A stretch of DNA of 26,541 bases, from NCBI GenBank assembly GCA_964244895.1, contig CAXTKV010000049.1:1-26541 (forward strand). Direction: 5' to 3'. Shown here in pieces: positions 7,321 through 16,917 of this stretch. Below the pieces are notes generated by a model that ran no database searches, was not told the origin of the DNA, and worked only from the letters and a program-made list of their open reading frames with translations. The translations under genes and the position numbers were made by a program. The stretch is from an uncultured Deinococcales bacterium (GTDB lineage: Bacteria; Deinococcota; Deinococci; Deinococcales; JAAFIG01). Position 1 is the stretch's first letter. The number at the start of each line of letters is the position of its first letter.

Positions 7321-9600
7321 ATGAAGCCTCCGACCGCACCACAACCGCACCGACTGCGTTCACCGGGCCAACCAGAATCGAACCACAAAAACCACCAGCA
7401 AGGCATCGCGCTGGTGGCCGCGCTGATCACCATGCTGGCCGTGACCGCGATGATCGTGGTCGTCAGCAGCCTGACCATGCGCGACACCAGACTGGCCGCC
7501 AACGAAGTCAGAACCACCCGACTGACGCAACTCGCGGACGGCCTCAGCGACCGGGCGCGACTGATGGTCATTCAAAGCTACAAGAATTCCAAACTGAGCA
7601 TTCCCGCCTGGCTGGACAAGGTTTCACCCACCCGCGACACGGCGGGCAGCGCGGTCAGCCCCGACACCGGTGAGGCCACAGTCGCGCCGCTGGCGGGCAA
7701 GCACGCTGGCACGCTCGACGGCGCGACCGTCCGATGGCAGATCATCGACGTTCCAGCATCCACGGTGGCCGCAGCCTGGGTGCAACTCGCCGCCACCGCC
7801 GACGACGGTGCGGGCGGACGGCAAACCGTGACCCGCAAGGTGCAGTTCGGTCAGCGCAGCATCTTCGACCTGGCGCTCCTGACCAAGACCGTCAACTGCA
7901 TGTTCTGCCACATGAACGTTAACGGCGACATCGGTTCCTACGGCTTCCTGCGCCCCGGCTGGGGCAACGAGGGCGTAGACGGTCAGGGCAGCGGCGGCGG
8001 TTCCAACATCAACGGTTCGGTTTACGTCGCTCCGAGCGGAGATACGGCAGTGCCCACCAACGTGACCGCAGACGGCACGAGCGGCACACTCAACGACACG
8101 GGCGTGAGCGGAGCCATCAACACCAACTACGTCGGCGACAAGATGCCGACCGACGCGAGCAACAACCCGCAGTTTCCCGGCCTGGATCGCGCGCTGGCCA
8201 GAAGCAGCGCCAACGGTTCGATCACGGGCGGCCAGATCAAAAGCGTGCCGACCGGAGGTTCTTACCTGACCGCCAGCACCGCCTCGAGCATCTCGAAAAT
8301 CTACGACGGCAACCTGGTGCTGGTCGGCACGAGCGCCAACCCGGTCGTGATCAACCGCGATATTTACGTCAGCGGCGACGTGGTGATCAAGGGCGTCATC
8401 AAGGGACGCGGTGCAATCTACGCCGGACGCAACCTCTACGTGGTCGGCAACCTGACCAACGCCAACAAGGCCGATAAACCCGGAGTCGGCGTCTGCGCCA
8501 GCACCACAGATGTCAACGTCTGCGCCAGGGCCAACATCGCGGCGGGCAAGGATGAAGTGCGCCTGGCCGCCGGGAACAACATCATCCTGGGCGACTGGAC
8601 GGAAAAGGACGCGACGGGCAGCAAACAGAGCGTCAGGGACGTGCAGAGCGCCGATTACTTCCGCAACCAGTTCGGACTGGACGCGGGCACGCCCAAGTAC
8701 GTCAAGAAGGGCACCAGCGAGGAACTGAGCTTCGACGGCACGAATTACATCGATGCGCTCGGCAATACGGTCAGCGCCAGCCTGGTCAAGACCTTCGGCA
8801 GCGGCTCGAGCGACCCTTACGTGCCGCTGATGGCCCCTGGGGCGACCGACACGAGCGGCAATTTCAGCCAGTGGATGTCCGACGCGGATTACCAGACGCT
8901 CTTGGGACAGGAAAGCATTCCGTACAACACCTGGCGCACGGAGATCAACGGTTACAGCGTCAACGGCACGGCGCTGACGGGAGGCTCGACGACTCGCAAG
9001 ACCGCGATCACGACGCAACTCGTGGCGGCGGGCCTGCCGGTCACCGCTTCCGGCGGCTCGAACAGCGCCTCGACCATCGCCTCGAAGATCGTGAGCGGCA
9101 CGACCGGACAGTTCCAGTATTCCGGAACCGACAAGAACGGTCAGTCTGTCTCCGGTGTCGCCTACTTCGACGGTGGCAGCCTGCGCGTGGCCGTCAACGA
9201 GGCCAGAAATTACAAGACCGAAACCACGCAACTGGACGCGTTCCTGTACTCGAACAGCCGGATCGCGGGCAAGCTTTCGCCGCGCGGCGGGTACACCAAC
9301 GGCGGCATGATCTCGCGCGAGATAGGCGTGCTGGCACCAGGAAAAAATTACGGTTCGGACTGGTGGATCAATTCGATGTCGCAAAGCGTGCGCGACAACT
9401 ACAACAAGTGCAACACCGGCTCCAGGCCGACCGACAGCGCCGTTGACGCCGCCACCAGCGGTACGGATTGCAGCTACTCGATCAACTACGATTACCGCCT
9501 GAAGAACGGCGGGTACGGCTTCAACCTGATCTCCGGCACGACCGGCGCGACCAGCGACTGGCAATACGACGTGGACGGCACCAAGGCGGTCACACCGTGA
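7321..9600 (+). CDS. Large PilX/ComZ-like type IV pilin-domain protein (tip adhesin candidate) with CxxCH motif
   Basis: Class III signal QQG|IALVAALITML lacking Glu5, as in PilX/GspK. Beta-solenoid-like segment (DIYVSGDVVIKGVIKGRGAIYAGRNLYVVGNL). CMFCH at 7897-7911. Confidence 0.8.
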   Translation: MKPPTAPQPHRLRSPGQPESNHKNHQQGIALVAALITMLAVTAMIVVVSSLTMRDTRLAANEVRTTRLTQLADGLSDRARLMVIQSYKNSKLSIPAWLDKVSPTRDTAGSAVSPDTGEATVAPLAGKHAGTLDGATVRWQIIDVPASTVAAAWVQLAATADDGAGGRQTVTRKVQFGQRSIFDLALLTKTVNCMFCHMNVNGDIGSYGFLRPGWGNEGVDGQGSGGGSNINGSVYVAPSGDTAVPTNVTADGTSGTLNDTGVSGAINTNYVGDKMPTDASNNPQFPGLDRALARSSANGSITGGQIKSVPTGGSYLTASTASSISKIYDGNLVLVGTSANPVVINRDIYVSGDVVIKGVIKGRGAIYAGRNLYVVGNLTNANKADKPGVGVCASTTDVNVCARANIAAGKDEVRLAAGNNIILGDWTEKDATGSKQSVRDVQSADYFRNQFGLDAGTPKYVKKGTSEELSFDGTNYIDALGNTVSASLVKTFGSGSSDPYVPLMAPGATDTSGNFSQWMSDADYQTLLGQESIPYNTWRTEINGYSVNGTALTGGSTTRKTAITTQLVAAGLPVTASGGSNSASTIASKIVSGTTGQFQYSGTDKNGQSVSGVAYFDGGSLRVAVNEARNYKTETTQLDAFLYSNSRIAGKLSPRGGYTNGGMISREIGVLAPGKNYGSDWWINSMSQSVRDNYNKCNTGSRPTDSAVDAATSGTDCSYSINYDYRLKNGGYGFNLISGTTGATSDWQYDVDGTKAVTP

Positions 9601-10067
9601 GCCGCCAGCAGCACCGCGCCATGAGCGTGCCGGAGGCGCCGATCAAGACGCTCGCTCGCTCCCCGCTGCTGTGGGTTTCCATCGGCGGATTGCTGCTCGC
9701 GGGGGCCGTGATGTTCGTTCCGAAATCAGCCGCAGTCCTGTTGCAAACCCCGAGCGTGCCCGCCGCGCTGGTCAACCGCGCCACGGCGACCGACGCCGCA
9801 CCATCGAACCCCATCACCGCCAGCGCGACCCCGAGCGCAATCTCGAGCGCGACCCCCGCCAGACCGTCGAGCGCGCCCCAGATCGCCTCGAAGCTGCCCA
9901 GCCAGATCACGCCGGACGAGATCTCGAGGATCGATGGCGGCCCGGTTCCGACCCTGCACTTCACGGACGGCTCGAGCATGATCGTGGACACGTCGACCCG
10001 CAGCCAACTTCAGGCGGGCGTGCAATTCCGGCTCGGCTACTCGAGAGGAGGCAACAATGCGCCGTGA
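9597..10067 (+). CDS. Hypothetical single-TM protein in pilin operon (156 aa)
   Basis: GTGA overlap with upstream stop. TM helix LLWVSIGGLLLAGAVMFV, then an Ala/Pro/Ser linker and small C-terminal domain. Overlaps the next gene. Confidence 0.7.
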   Translation: MSRQQHRAMSVPEAPIKTLARSPLLWVSIGGLLLAGAVMFVPKSAAVLLQTPSVPAALVNRATATDAAPSNPITASATPSAISSATPARPSSAPQIASKLPSQITPDEISRIDGGPVPTLHFTDGSSMIVDTSTRSQLQAGVQFRLGYSRGGNNAP

Positions 10068-10503
10068 TGGGGGCTTCACGCTGCTCGAGATGCTGATCGT
10101 GCTGGGGGTCTCCGGGATTCTGATGGGCATCGCCAGCCCGATATTCTCCGGCTACCAGCAGGGGCTTCGGATGCGCGAGGTCAACAACGCCGTCGCGCAG
10201 ACCCTTCAGGAAGTCGCGGCCTGCGCGCTGCGCTCCAACACGTCCATCACGGTCACGTTCACGCTGAACAGCGCGGCGGCACTGAGCGTCCCGAGCGGCT
10301 GCCTGGCGCAAACCTTCGCGCTCGAGAACAACGCCAAGATCACGTCCGTGACCAGCAATTCGGTCGCGCTCAGCCCACTGAGCGTCGTTTTTACCGCCCG
10401 AGGCTGGCCCAACGTGAACGCCCCGGTGGTCATCGCGACCCAACTCGGAAGCCGCACGGGAACCATCAGGCTGCTGTTGAGCGGAAAGACGGTCATCCAA
10501 TGA
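10057..10503 (+). CDS. Minor pilin, FimT/GspH-like
   Basis: MRRDGG|FTLLEMLIV N-methylation motif, VVFTARG motif, SD AGGAGG. Confidence 0.9.
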   Translation: MRRDGGFTLLEMLIVLGVSGILMGIASPIFSGYQQGLRMREVNNAVAQTLQEVAACALRSNTSITVTFTLNSAAALSVPSGCLAQTFALENNAKITSVTSNSVALSPLSVVFTARGWPNVNAPVVIATQLGSRTGTIRLLLSGKTVIQ

Positions 10504-10916
10504 AATACCAGCGCCAGCAAGCCTTCACCTTTCTTGAGGTCGTGATCGCGTTGGCGATCCTGGGCATCGCCGTGATCGGCGCGTCGTTCGTGCCCGCGTT
10601 GCGGGTCGGTCGCAGCAGCGACGTGCGCACCTACGCCAGCAACGTCGGCAAGGAAGTCATGGAAACCTACCGCAGCCTCTGGAAAGACCCGGCGGCGTTC
10701 CAGGCCGCGACCGCACCGAGCTTGCCGACTGGTCTGCGTTACGGTTGCACCGTTCCAACCCCGGTCGTGAGCTCGTTCGGTTTCGACTCGAGCCTGGCGC
10801 TGGTGGCGGTGTCCGGCAGTTCACCGTTGGCGGTGCAGCGCGTGCAGGTCAGCGTGCAGTGCGCGAACGCGCCCACGATTCAACTCACCACGGAAATCGG
10901 GAATCCGACGCCATGA
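10500..10916 (+). CDS. Minor pilin, PilV/GspI-like
   Basis: QQA|FTFLEVVIALAIL, ATGA overlap, two Cys. Confidence 0.88.
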   Translation: MKYQRQQAFTFLEVVIALAILGIAVIGASFVPALRVGRSSDVRTYASNVGKEVMETYRSLWKDPAAFQAATAPSLPTGLRYGCTVPTPVVSSFGFDSSLALVAVSGSSPLAVQRVQVSVQCANAPTIQLTTEIGNPTP

Positions 10917-11728
10917 AGACCATGCCCGCAAACGCTAAAGGCTCGAGGAACACCAGTCAGAGCGGCTTCACGCTGGTCGAATTGCTGATCTCGATGGCGA
11001 TTCTGGGGGTGATCCTGACGGTCACATCGAGCATCCTGCAGGTCAACCAGAAAGGCGTCAACGCCCAGCAATCCCGCACCGCCAGCACGGGCGATGCTCG
11101 AGCCGCCATGACCCGCATCAGCGAGCAACTGGCGCAAGCGGCCTACATCTACCCTTCGGGCATCACCATTTCCGTCAGTAGCGGCATCAAAGGTCAGGGC
11201 ACGATCAACCGCGTCACGACCGGTTCAAGCACGATCGCGGTGCTGGTGGCGGACGGCCTGAACAGCACGCCACCCAAGTACGACGGCGTGATCTTTTACG
11301 TGACCGCCCGCAGCAACTTCAGCACCGACCTGCCGAGCCTACCGAGCGGCACCTTCAGCCCGAACGTGCTGGTGCGCGCCGCCGTCGAAACGACCGGAGC
11401 CGGACTGATCACCTGGGCGGTCAACGCCACCCCTCCGACCACCTGGGGAGCCGCCGCCGTCGAGGGCGTGCTGGCCGATGGCATTGACACCTCGCGCACC
11501 AATCTGATGGCGTCCGCGACGTACTCTCCGGTGCTTGGGGTGGACGACACGTACTTCAGCAGCGGTCTCAGGGGCAACAACCCCGCGATCACCGCCGCCA
11601 ACGCCCTGATCACCTCGCTGGGTTTTCAGGTCGCGGTCAACATCGCACCGAATTCCGCGTCGTTCTCGAGCAGCGGCGGAACGGTGCTTCGGGGCTTGAT
11701 CACGGCCCGCAACGTTCCGCGATCCTGA
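10913..11728 (+). CDS. Minor pilin, PilW/GspJ-like (271 aa)
   Basis: SG|FTLVELLISMAIL. ATGA overlap places the start at 10913. Contains the EQLAQAAYIYP segment. Confidence 0.88.
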   Translation: MKTMPANAKGSRNTSQSGFTLVELLISMAILGVILTVTSSILQVNQKGVNAQQSRTASTGDARAAMTRISEQLAQAAYIYPSGITISVSSGIKGQGTINRVTTGSSTIAVLVADGLNSTPPKYDGVIFYVTARSNFSTDLPSLPSGTFSPNVLVRAAVETTGAGLITWAVNATPPTTWGAAAVEGVLADGIDTSRTNLMASATYSPVLGVDDTYFSSGLRGNNPAITAANALITSLGFQVAVNIAPNSASFSSSGGTVLRGLITARNVPRS

Positions 11729-11762
11729 ACGCGCGATCCCGAAGAGATGAGATCTCGAGAAG

Positions 11763-11812
11763 ACCGTCTAGGACGGTCTTCTTTTTGTGTTGAAAAGACT
11801 GTGCTGGACGGT
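11763..11812. repeat. Paired palindromes (35 bp apart); first may double as terminator
   Basis: agaag-accgtctaggacggt-cttct-tttt at 11763 and actgtgctggacggt-gttc at 11798. Confidence 0.88.
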
Positions 11813-11865
11813 GTTCTTAACTCGAGCACTCAGCATCTCGAGAACCCAGCACCGGAGCGAAAATC

Positions 11866-13140
11866 TCAATCGCTCGAGACGCGCCGGATGTACAGCACGC
11901 TGCCGAGCGCCACCAGCGTGAACAAACCGGTCAGCATCACGATCCCGTCCACGTGCAAATCGTTCACGAACAACCCGCCGACCGCCCCGCCGATCAGGTT
12001 GCCGCCCGCCAGGAAGATGCTGTACAAGCCCACCACCACGCCGCGATCCTCCGGGAAGTCCTCGGAGATGTCCGCCAGGTACGCCAGCGCGACCGGCGTG
12101 AAGCCCGCCTGAAAGAACGCGCCGATCATCAAGCCCACGAACCAGACCTGCGTGGGCAGCCCGAGCGCCCAGAACGCGTCCGGGTGGTTGAGCGTGTACA
12201 GGCAGAACGTCAACCAGATCAGCCCGAAGGCGCTGTTCAGCATCGGCGCGGTGCGCCGCCCGGATGACCTGGAACCGAAGAACAACCCGGCCAGGAAGGC
12301 CAGTGCGAAGCCGCCCAAGGCGTTCGAGAGCTGCGGCCCGGAGAGCGTCCCGACCAGCGCCTGACCGGGCACCGTGTGGTTGTTCGGCCCGGCGTACAAC
12401 TGGTTTTGCAGGTGAACCGTCCACAGCCCGACGATCGCGGTCGCGGCGATCCAGGCGGGCATGAAGCGCAGCAAGCGCCGATTCGAGAGCGCCCGCGCGT
12501 AATCCTGCCAGGTGCGGCGCTTCTGGATGCGCAAACCGATCGGTGGCAGCGCGAACGCGAACACGATCGCGCCCACGACGTACACGACCGCCAGCATCGG
12601 GTAGCTCGAGGTTCCCAGCGCGTCCCAGACGCGCGGCCCGAGCACGGTGCTGCCCAGGGCCAGCCCGAGCAGCGTGACGATCTCGAACAGGCCCATCACG
12701 CGCGAGCGGTGCTTTGAGCCGTCCGTCAGATCGGAGAGGTAGCCGAGCGTGGCGGGCGTGGCGATGGCCGCCGAGATACCTTCCAGGACGCGAATCGCGA
12801 ACAGCACCGCCACACCCGTGGAAAGCGGGTAGAGCAAGAGCGCGATTGCCCCCAGGAACGGAGCCGCGACCATCAATCCTTTTCGGCCCCAGCGGTCGCT
12901 GAGCGCCCCGAAGACGGGCGCGAGCAGCAACTCCGTGGCGTAATAACCCGCCGCGACCAGCCCGACGCTCTCGCCGCGCTGACCGAGCGCCCCGAGGTAC
13001 AAGCCCAGACTGGAAGTGGCCAGCCCACCGGCCAAGCGCAGCAACAGCGTTCCCCCGAGGACGGATGCGATGGCGCGGAAGAACAGTTTTGGATCTCGTT
13101 CGCTGATGTGGACGGGTTCGGTGTTCGGTTCGCTGATCAA
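11866..13140 (-). CDS. MFS transporter
   Basis: About 12 hydrophobic segments, motif A GALSDRWGRK, and RVLEG. TTG start at 13140 with SD AAGGAAGG. Confidence 0.9.
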   Translation of the reverse strand: MISEPNTEPVHISERDPKLFFRAIASVLGGTLLLRLAGGLATSSLGLYLGALGQRGESVGLVAAGYYATELLLAPVFGALSDRWGRKGLMVAAPFLGAIALLLYPLSTGVAVLFAIRVLEGISAAIATPATLGYLSDLTDGSKHRSRVMGLFEIVTLLGLALGSTVLGPRVWDALGTSSYPMLAVVYVVGAIVFAFALPPIGLRIQKRRTWQDYARALSNRRLLRFMPAWIAATAIVGLWTVHLQNQLYAGPNNHTVPGQALVGTLSGPQLSNALGGFALAFLAGLFFGSRSSGRRTAPMLNSAFGLIWLTFCLYTLNHPDAFWALGLPTQVWFVGLMIGAFFQAGFTPVALAYLADISEDFPEDRGVVVGLYSIFLAGGNLIGGAVGGLFVNDLHVDGIVMLTGLFTLVALGSVLYIRRVSSD

Positions 13141-13228
13141 CGGGAAACCTTCCTTGTGGCCTGGACATCTTAACCGCATCCTTCGCGGTCAATCTGGAAC
13201 AACGCTCCCGTCGGGTGGCGCGAGCAAA

Positions 13229-13277
13229 ACCATCTTAGACAGCCTCCCAATTCTCGAGAGGCAACGTCCTGGACGGT
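13229..13277. repeat. Paired palindromes (34 bp apart, degenerate)
   Basis: accatcttagacagc at 13229 and aacgtcctggacggt at 13263. Confidence 0.65.
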
Positions 13278-13281
13278 CTTT

Positions 13282-14424
13282 TTAGGGGTTCGCCAGCGCC
13301 CAAGCGCGCGCCGCGCGGATGCGTTTTTCAATCGTCGGGTGATCGTGCAACCAGAATTCCACCCAATCCGGCGGGTCGGGATCCGAGAGGTTATCGCGCG
13401 CCAGGGCGCGAAAGGCTTCCTCGAAGGCGGGCAGGTTGCGGGTCATCTCTAGGGCGTAGCGATCCGCCGCGTACTCGGCGCGGCGCGTGACCTGGTTGGT
13501 GATCAGGCTGAACAGGCTCCCGACCAGCGTGAAAGCGAACACGAACACGGGCAGCGTGGCGATGTCCGTCGGGCCACGCATCCCGAAACCGAAACCGAGC
13601 GTGTTCAGAAGCGCGTAGGCCACCAGCAGAATCAGCGCGAACTGCACCCACGACAGCGCCAGCAACCTGGGGATGTCGCGGTGGACGCGGTGGCCCAGTT
13701 CGTGCGCCAGCACGACCTCGATGCCGTCAGCGGTGATGGATTCCATCAGCGTGTCCGCGATCAGCACCTCCGAACCCGTGCCGACCGGGATCAGGGCGGC
13801 GTTGCCTTGACTGGTTTTCTCGCCGAACAACCATTTTGAAACGCGCAAGAGCGGCACGCCCGCCCGCGCGAACAACGCCGCCACCCGAGCCTCGAGTTCC
13901 GGGTTTTCCAAAGGGGCGCTCTTGAAGCGCAACCGCGCCAATCGCGGACTGAGCCACAAGGCCAGCGCAAACACGACCGTGATGAACCCCAGCGCGACCG
14001 GGAACCACAGGCTCGGAAAGATCCGGAAAATCGTGTACAACCCCAGAAACAAGCCCAGCGAGAGCGCCCCGCCGACGGCGGCCTCCTTGAGTTGATCCGC
14101 CAGCCAGCCCGCGAAGTTCTGCTTCAGCAAGCCGAAGCGTTTGCCCATCGCGTAGCCAAAATAGACCTCGAGCGGAAATTCGATCAGCGCCACGATCAGG
14201 CTGAAGGCCGCAATAAAAGCGATCCTCGAGAGGAGCGTCCCGTCGCCGCCCGTCGCGTCGCGCAGGGCCACGCCCGCGCCCGCGTACACCCAGATCACGA
14301 AGACCGCGACGGACACGACCAGCCCGATGATCGCGTTCAGCACCCGCAATCGTTCTCTGGCGCGAGCCTTCTGGAGGTCGGCGTCGTTGAGGATCGGTGA
14401 GAAGTTCACTTCAGCCTGTGCCAC
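13282..14424 (-). CDS. M48 family (Ste24/CAAX protease-like) membrane zinc metallopeptidase
   Basis: HELGH, RRAEYAAD and HPTIEKRI motifs with multiple TMs. TAGAAT 6 nt before GTG. Confidence 0.92.
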   Translation of the reverse strand: MAQAEVNFSPILNDADLQKARARERLRVLNAIIGLVVSVAVFVIWVYAGAGVALRDATGGDGTLLSRIAFIAAFSLIVALIEFPLEVYFGYAMGKRFGLLKQNFAGWLADQLKEAAVGGALSLGLFLGLYTIFRIFPSLWFPVALGFITVVFALALWLSPRLARLRFKSAPLENPELEARVAALFARAGVPLLRVSKWLFGEKTSQGNAALIPVGTGSEVLIADTLMESITADGIEVVLAHELGHRVHRDIPRLLALSWVQFALILLVAYALLNTLGFGFGMRGPTDIATLPVFVFAFTLVGSLFSLITNQVTRRAEYAADRYALEMTRNLPAFEEAFRALARDNLSDPDPPDWVEFWLHDHPTIEKRIRAARAWALANP

Positions 14425-14525
14425 GTCTCGATTCTACGTGTTCGTGAAGGCGAAGCTTCGAGGTCGGTATCACCAATCGGGCGTCCATCACACCGAATCC
14501 ATCTCGAGAAAACGCGGTCGGGCGT

Positions 14526-15179
14526 TCAGAAACCCGCGGTCGGGAACGAACCGATCGAAAACGCGATCAGGAACTGCCCAGCGTAGTACAGCGGCAAACC
14601 GAGGAATGGATTGACCGATCCGGAGCTGACGAAGCGCTCGCGCGCCACAAACACGTCCGACACCGCGAACATCGCCGCACCGAGCACGATCAGCCAACGC
14701 GCCGGGTTCAAAAGCGTCAAGGTTCCGGTGGCCGCGACCAGCATGATGCCGATGATGCCGACGTAGACCGCGACCGGCACGCGCATCCGGCCCAGGTGCG
14801 GCCACAGCCACACCAGCGTTCCGCACGCGACCAATCCGACCAGCGCGATCGACACCCTGGGAAACGGTTCTGCCGCCCCCAATGACGCGAACGCCACCGC
14901 GTACAGCCCGTGCCCGAGCGCGAACGCGATCATGCCCGCCAGGAATGGACGCTTGCCGCGCAAGCCCAGCAGCACGTCGCCCGCGAAACCGAACGCCAGT
15001 CCGGCCAGCACCAGCGCTCCGTACCGGCCAGAGATGCCCTGAGCCAGTCCGCAGATCACGAAGCCCAGCGATGCGAACGCCTTCCAGATCACCCGCGCCT
15101 GAACGTTCCCGGTGATCGTGATCGCCATCAAGCCGATCAACCCGACCGCACCCATCCCCAGTCCGATCAAACCTTGCAC
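14526..15179 (-). CDS. Lysoplasmalogenase (YhhN/TMEM86) family membrane protein
   Basis: GDVLL, GMIAFALGH, FAVSD and LYYAGQ motifs. TAAACT 6 nt before GTG. Confidence 0.88.
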   Translation of the reverse strand: MQGLIGLGMGAVGLIGLMAITITGNVQARVIWKAFASLGFVICGLAQGISGRYGALVLAGLAFGFAGDVLLGLRGKRPFLAGMIAFALGHGLYAVAFASLGAAEPFPRVSIALVGLVACGTLVWLWPHLGRMRVPVAVYVGIIGIMLVAATGTLTLLNPARWLIVLGAAMFAVSDVFVARERFVSSGSVNPFLGLPLYYAGQFLIAFSIGSFPTAGF

Positions 15180-15234
15180 CGATTCAGTTTACGCCTTCTA
15201 TCACGAGGTCCCGATCGCGCATCAGTCAAAGAAG

Positions 15235-15284
15235 ACCGTCCTGGACGGTGTTCTCGAGTATTTAAAATCACCGTCCCAGACGGT
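15235..15284. repeat. Paired palindromes (35 bp apart)
   Basis: gaag-accgtcctggacggt-gttctcgag at 15235 and accgtcccagacggt-cttc at 15270. Confidence 0.92.
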
Positions 15285-15340
15285 CTTCCCAGCAAAGCCA
15301 TCTCGAGTACACGCCCGGAGCACGACGGGATTTCATCACC

Positions 15341-16252
15341 TCAGCGGCGCTCGTGTTCGATTCCCTGAAGCCTGACCTCGTTCAGCAGCACCTCGATCAT
15401 CCGCTCGGCGGAACCGGAAAGCTGGTCGCGCCGCGACAGATGCACCAGCGCCGTATCGCGGTACACGGCGGGCGCATCTGCGATGCGAACCTCGATCAGC
15501 TCGCCGCGATCCAGGTTGGCTTGCACCAGCATTTTCGGGAAGAACCCGACGCCCCGACCCGATAAGACCAGATACCGCCCCGCGTCGATCGGTACATCCA
15601 TCGATCTTCGGGCGCGCGCCACCAACCCGGCGATCTCCGGAGGCGTCGTCTGCCACCAGCGCACCAGCAGGAACGGATCGGCCAGCTCGAGCAGGTTCGC
15701 GCGCGAAACGGTTCCGAGCCCGGCCAACGGGTGATCCGGCTGCGCGACCAACAGCATCGGTTCGCGCAGCCTGAAAACGGGCGTCATGTCCGCCAGAGAA
15801 GGGTCCTGTACCGGCCAGCAGACGAGCGCCAGTTCGATCACGCGATCCGCCAGCAATTCCACCAGTTGCCAGTGGTCGCCCTCTCGGGCGTAACATTCGA
15901 CCTCCGGGGACATCGCGTGAAAGCGCGACAGCGCCCGACCCAGCAAGCCACCCGCCAGCGACCGGAGCGCCCCGATCGAGAGCCGCCCCAGCGCCCCGGA
16001 ATCGAACCTGGCGGCCTCGAGCCCGTCGTTCAGGGCGGCCAGCATCCGTCGGACGTGCGGCAAGAAATTCGCGCCGCGATCCGTCAACCCGATCTTCCGA
16101 CCCCGCCGAAAGAGCGCCCCTCCGACCTCGAGTTCGAGCGCCTGAATCCGGGAGCTGACGGTCGGTTGCGACACGCCGAGCGCCCAGGCCGCCTTGCTGA
16201 AACTGCCCTCGCGCACCACGCGTTCAAACACCACGAGCTGACGGACATCCAT
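15341..16252 (-). CDS. LysR-family transcriptional regulator
   Basis: MDVRQLVVF...GSFSKAA...SQPTVSSRIQALE HTH. TATACT 6 nt before ATG 16252. Confidence 0.93.
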   Translation of the reverse strand: MDVRQLVVFERVVREGSFSKAAWALGVSQPTVSSRIQALELEVGGALFRRGRKIGLTDRGANFLPHVRRMLAALNDGLEAARFDSGALGRLSIGALRSLAGGLLGRALSRFHAMSPEVECYAREGDHWQLVELLADRVIELALVCWPVQDPSLADMTPVFRLREPMLLVAQPDHPLAGLGTVSRANLLELADPFLLVRWWQTTPPEIAGLVARARRSMDVPIDAGRYLVLSGRGVGFFPKMLVQANLDRGELIEVRIADAPAVYRDTALVHLSRRDQLSGSAERMIEVLLNEVRLQGIEHERR

Positions 16253-16261
16253 AGACGGAGT

Positions 16262-16276
16262 ATAGGGAAACCCGAT
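16262..16276. promoter_or_regulatory. Candidate LysR box (T-N11-A)
   Basis: ATAGGGAAACCCGAT, an imperfect ATAG-N7-CTAT dyad overlapping the lysR -10 box. Confidence 0.5.
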
Positions 16277-16395
16277 CTCAAGAATTCGCATTGCCCGCTT
16301 GAACGCCTGTTCCACACGGAATAAAGTCGAGTCGTGGCTTTCAGCATCACGAAAACCGATACGCCGACCAGCCGAATTGGGGCGAGGGGGACGCG

Positions 16396-16917
16396 GTGAA
16401 GATTGAACGCCTCGATGCAGACCGGGCGCGCGCGCGCCTGCCTGAACTCGTTACGCTGCTTCAGGAGGTCGTCAACCTCGGCGGCACGGTCGGTTTCATG
16501 CCGCCCCTATCCAACCAGGAAGCCACCGCCTACTGGCAGGGTGTGGCTCGGGCGCTCGAGGAACCATTTCGGGTGCTGCTGGTAGCCGAGGACGGTCACG
16601 AGATCGTCGGCACCGTGCAACTCGAGCTGTGCGACCGGTCGAACGGACGGCACCGCGCGGAAGTCATGAAGGTCATGGTTCACCCCTCCCGGCGAAACCG
16701 GGGGATCGGTGCGCAACTGATGCGCGCCATCGAACTCGAGGCCGGGCGCGCCAGCCGCACCACGCTGGTGCTCGACACGCGCCAGGGCGAACCCAGCGAG
16801 CGCCTGTACGCCAGCCTCGGCTACATCCGCGCCGGAACCATTCCCGAATACGCCATGAGCGCGGACGGCACGCTGCACGCGACCGTCTACATGTACAAGT
16901 TGCTCAGGGACGCCTGA
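16396..16917 (+). CDS. GNAT acetyltransferase (Ttr-like)
   Basis: GTVGF, GTVQL, NGRHRAEV, RRNRGIG and LVLDT motifs, SD GAGGGG. Confidence 0.88.
   Translation: MKIERLDADRARARLPELVTLLQEVVNLGGTVGFMPPLSNQEATAYWQGVARALEEPFRVLLVAEDGHEIVGTVQLELCDRSNGRHRAEVMKVMVHPSRRNRGIGAQLMRAIELEAGRASRTTLVLDTRQGEPSERLYASLGYIRAGTIPEYAMSADGTLHATVYMYKLLRDA

Noticed and set aside
7624..9564. 646-aa minus-strand ORF
   Set aside because: Antisense shadow of the PilX-like gene, with no recognisable motifs.
11768..13192. 474-aa Arg/Ala-rich ORF
   Set aside because: Alternative frame over the MFS gene with non-protein-like composition.
15235..15284. Palindromes as simple terminators or as the local TetR/LysR operator
   Set aside because: Most lack U-tracts, they occur in divergent and intra-operon gaps, separate true terminators exist (6947, 25857), and they are too ubiquitous for one local regulon.
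16308..16323. parS-like TGTTCCACACGGAATA (also partial TGTTTCACGTG near 18492)
   Set aside because: Three or more mismatches to TGTTNCACGTGNAACA, including central bases in the first, and no parAB nearby.
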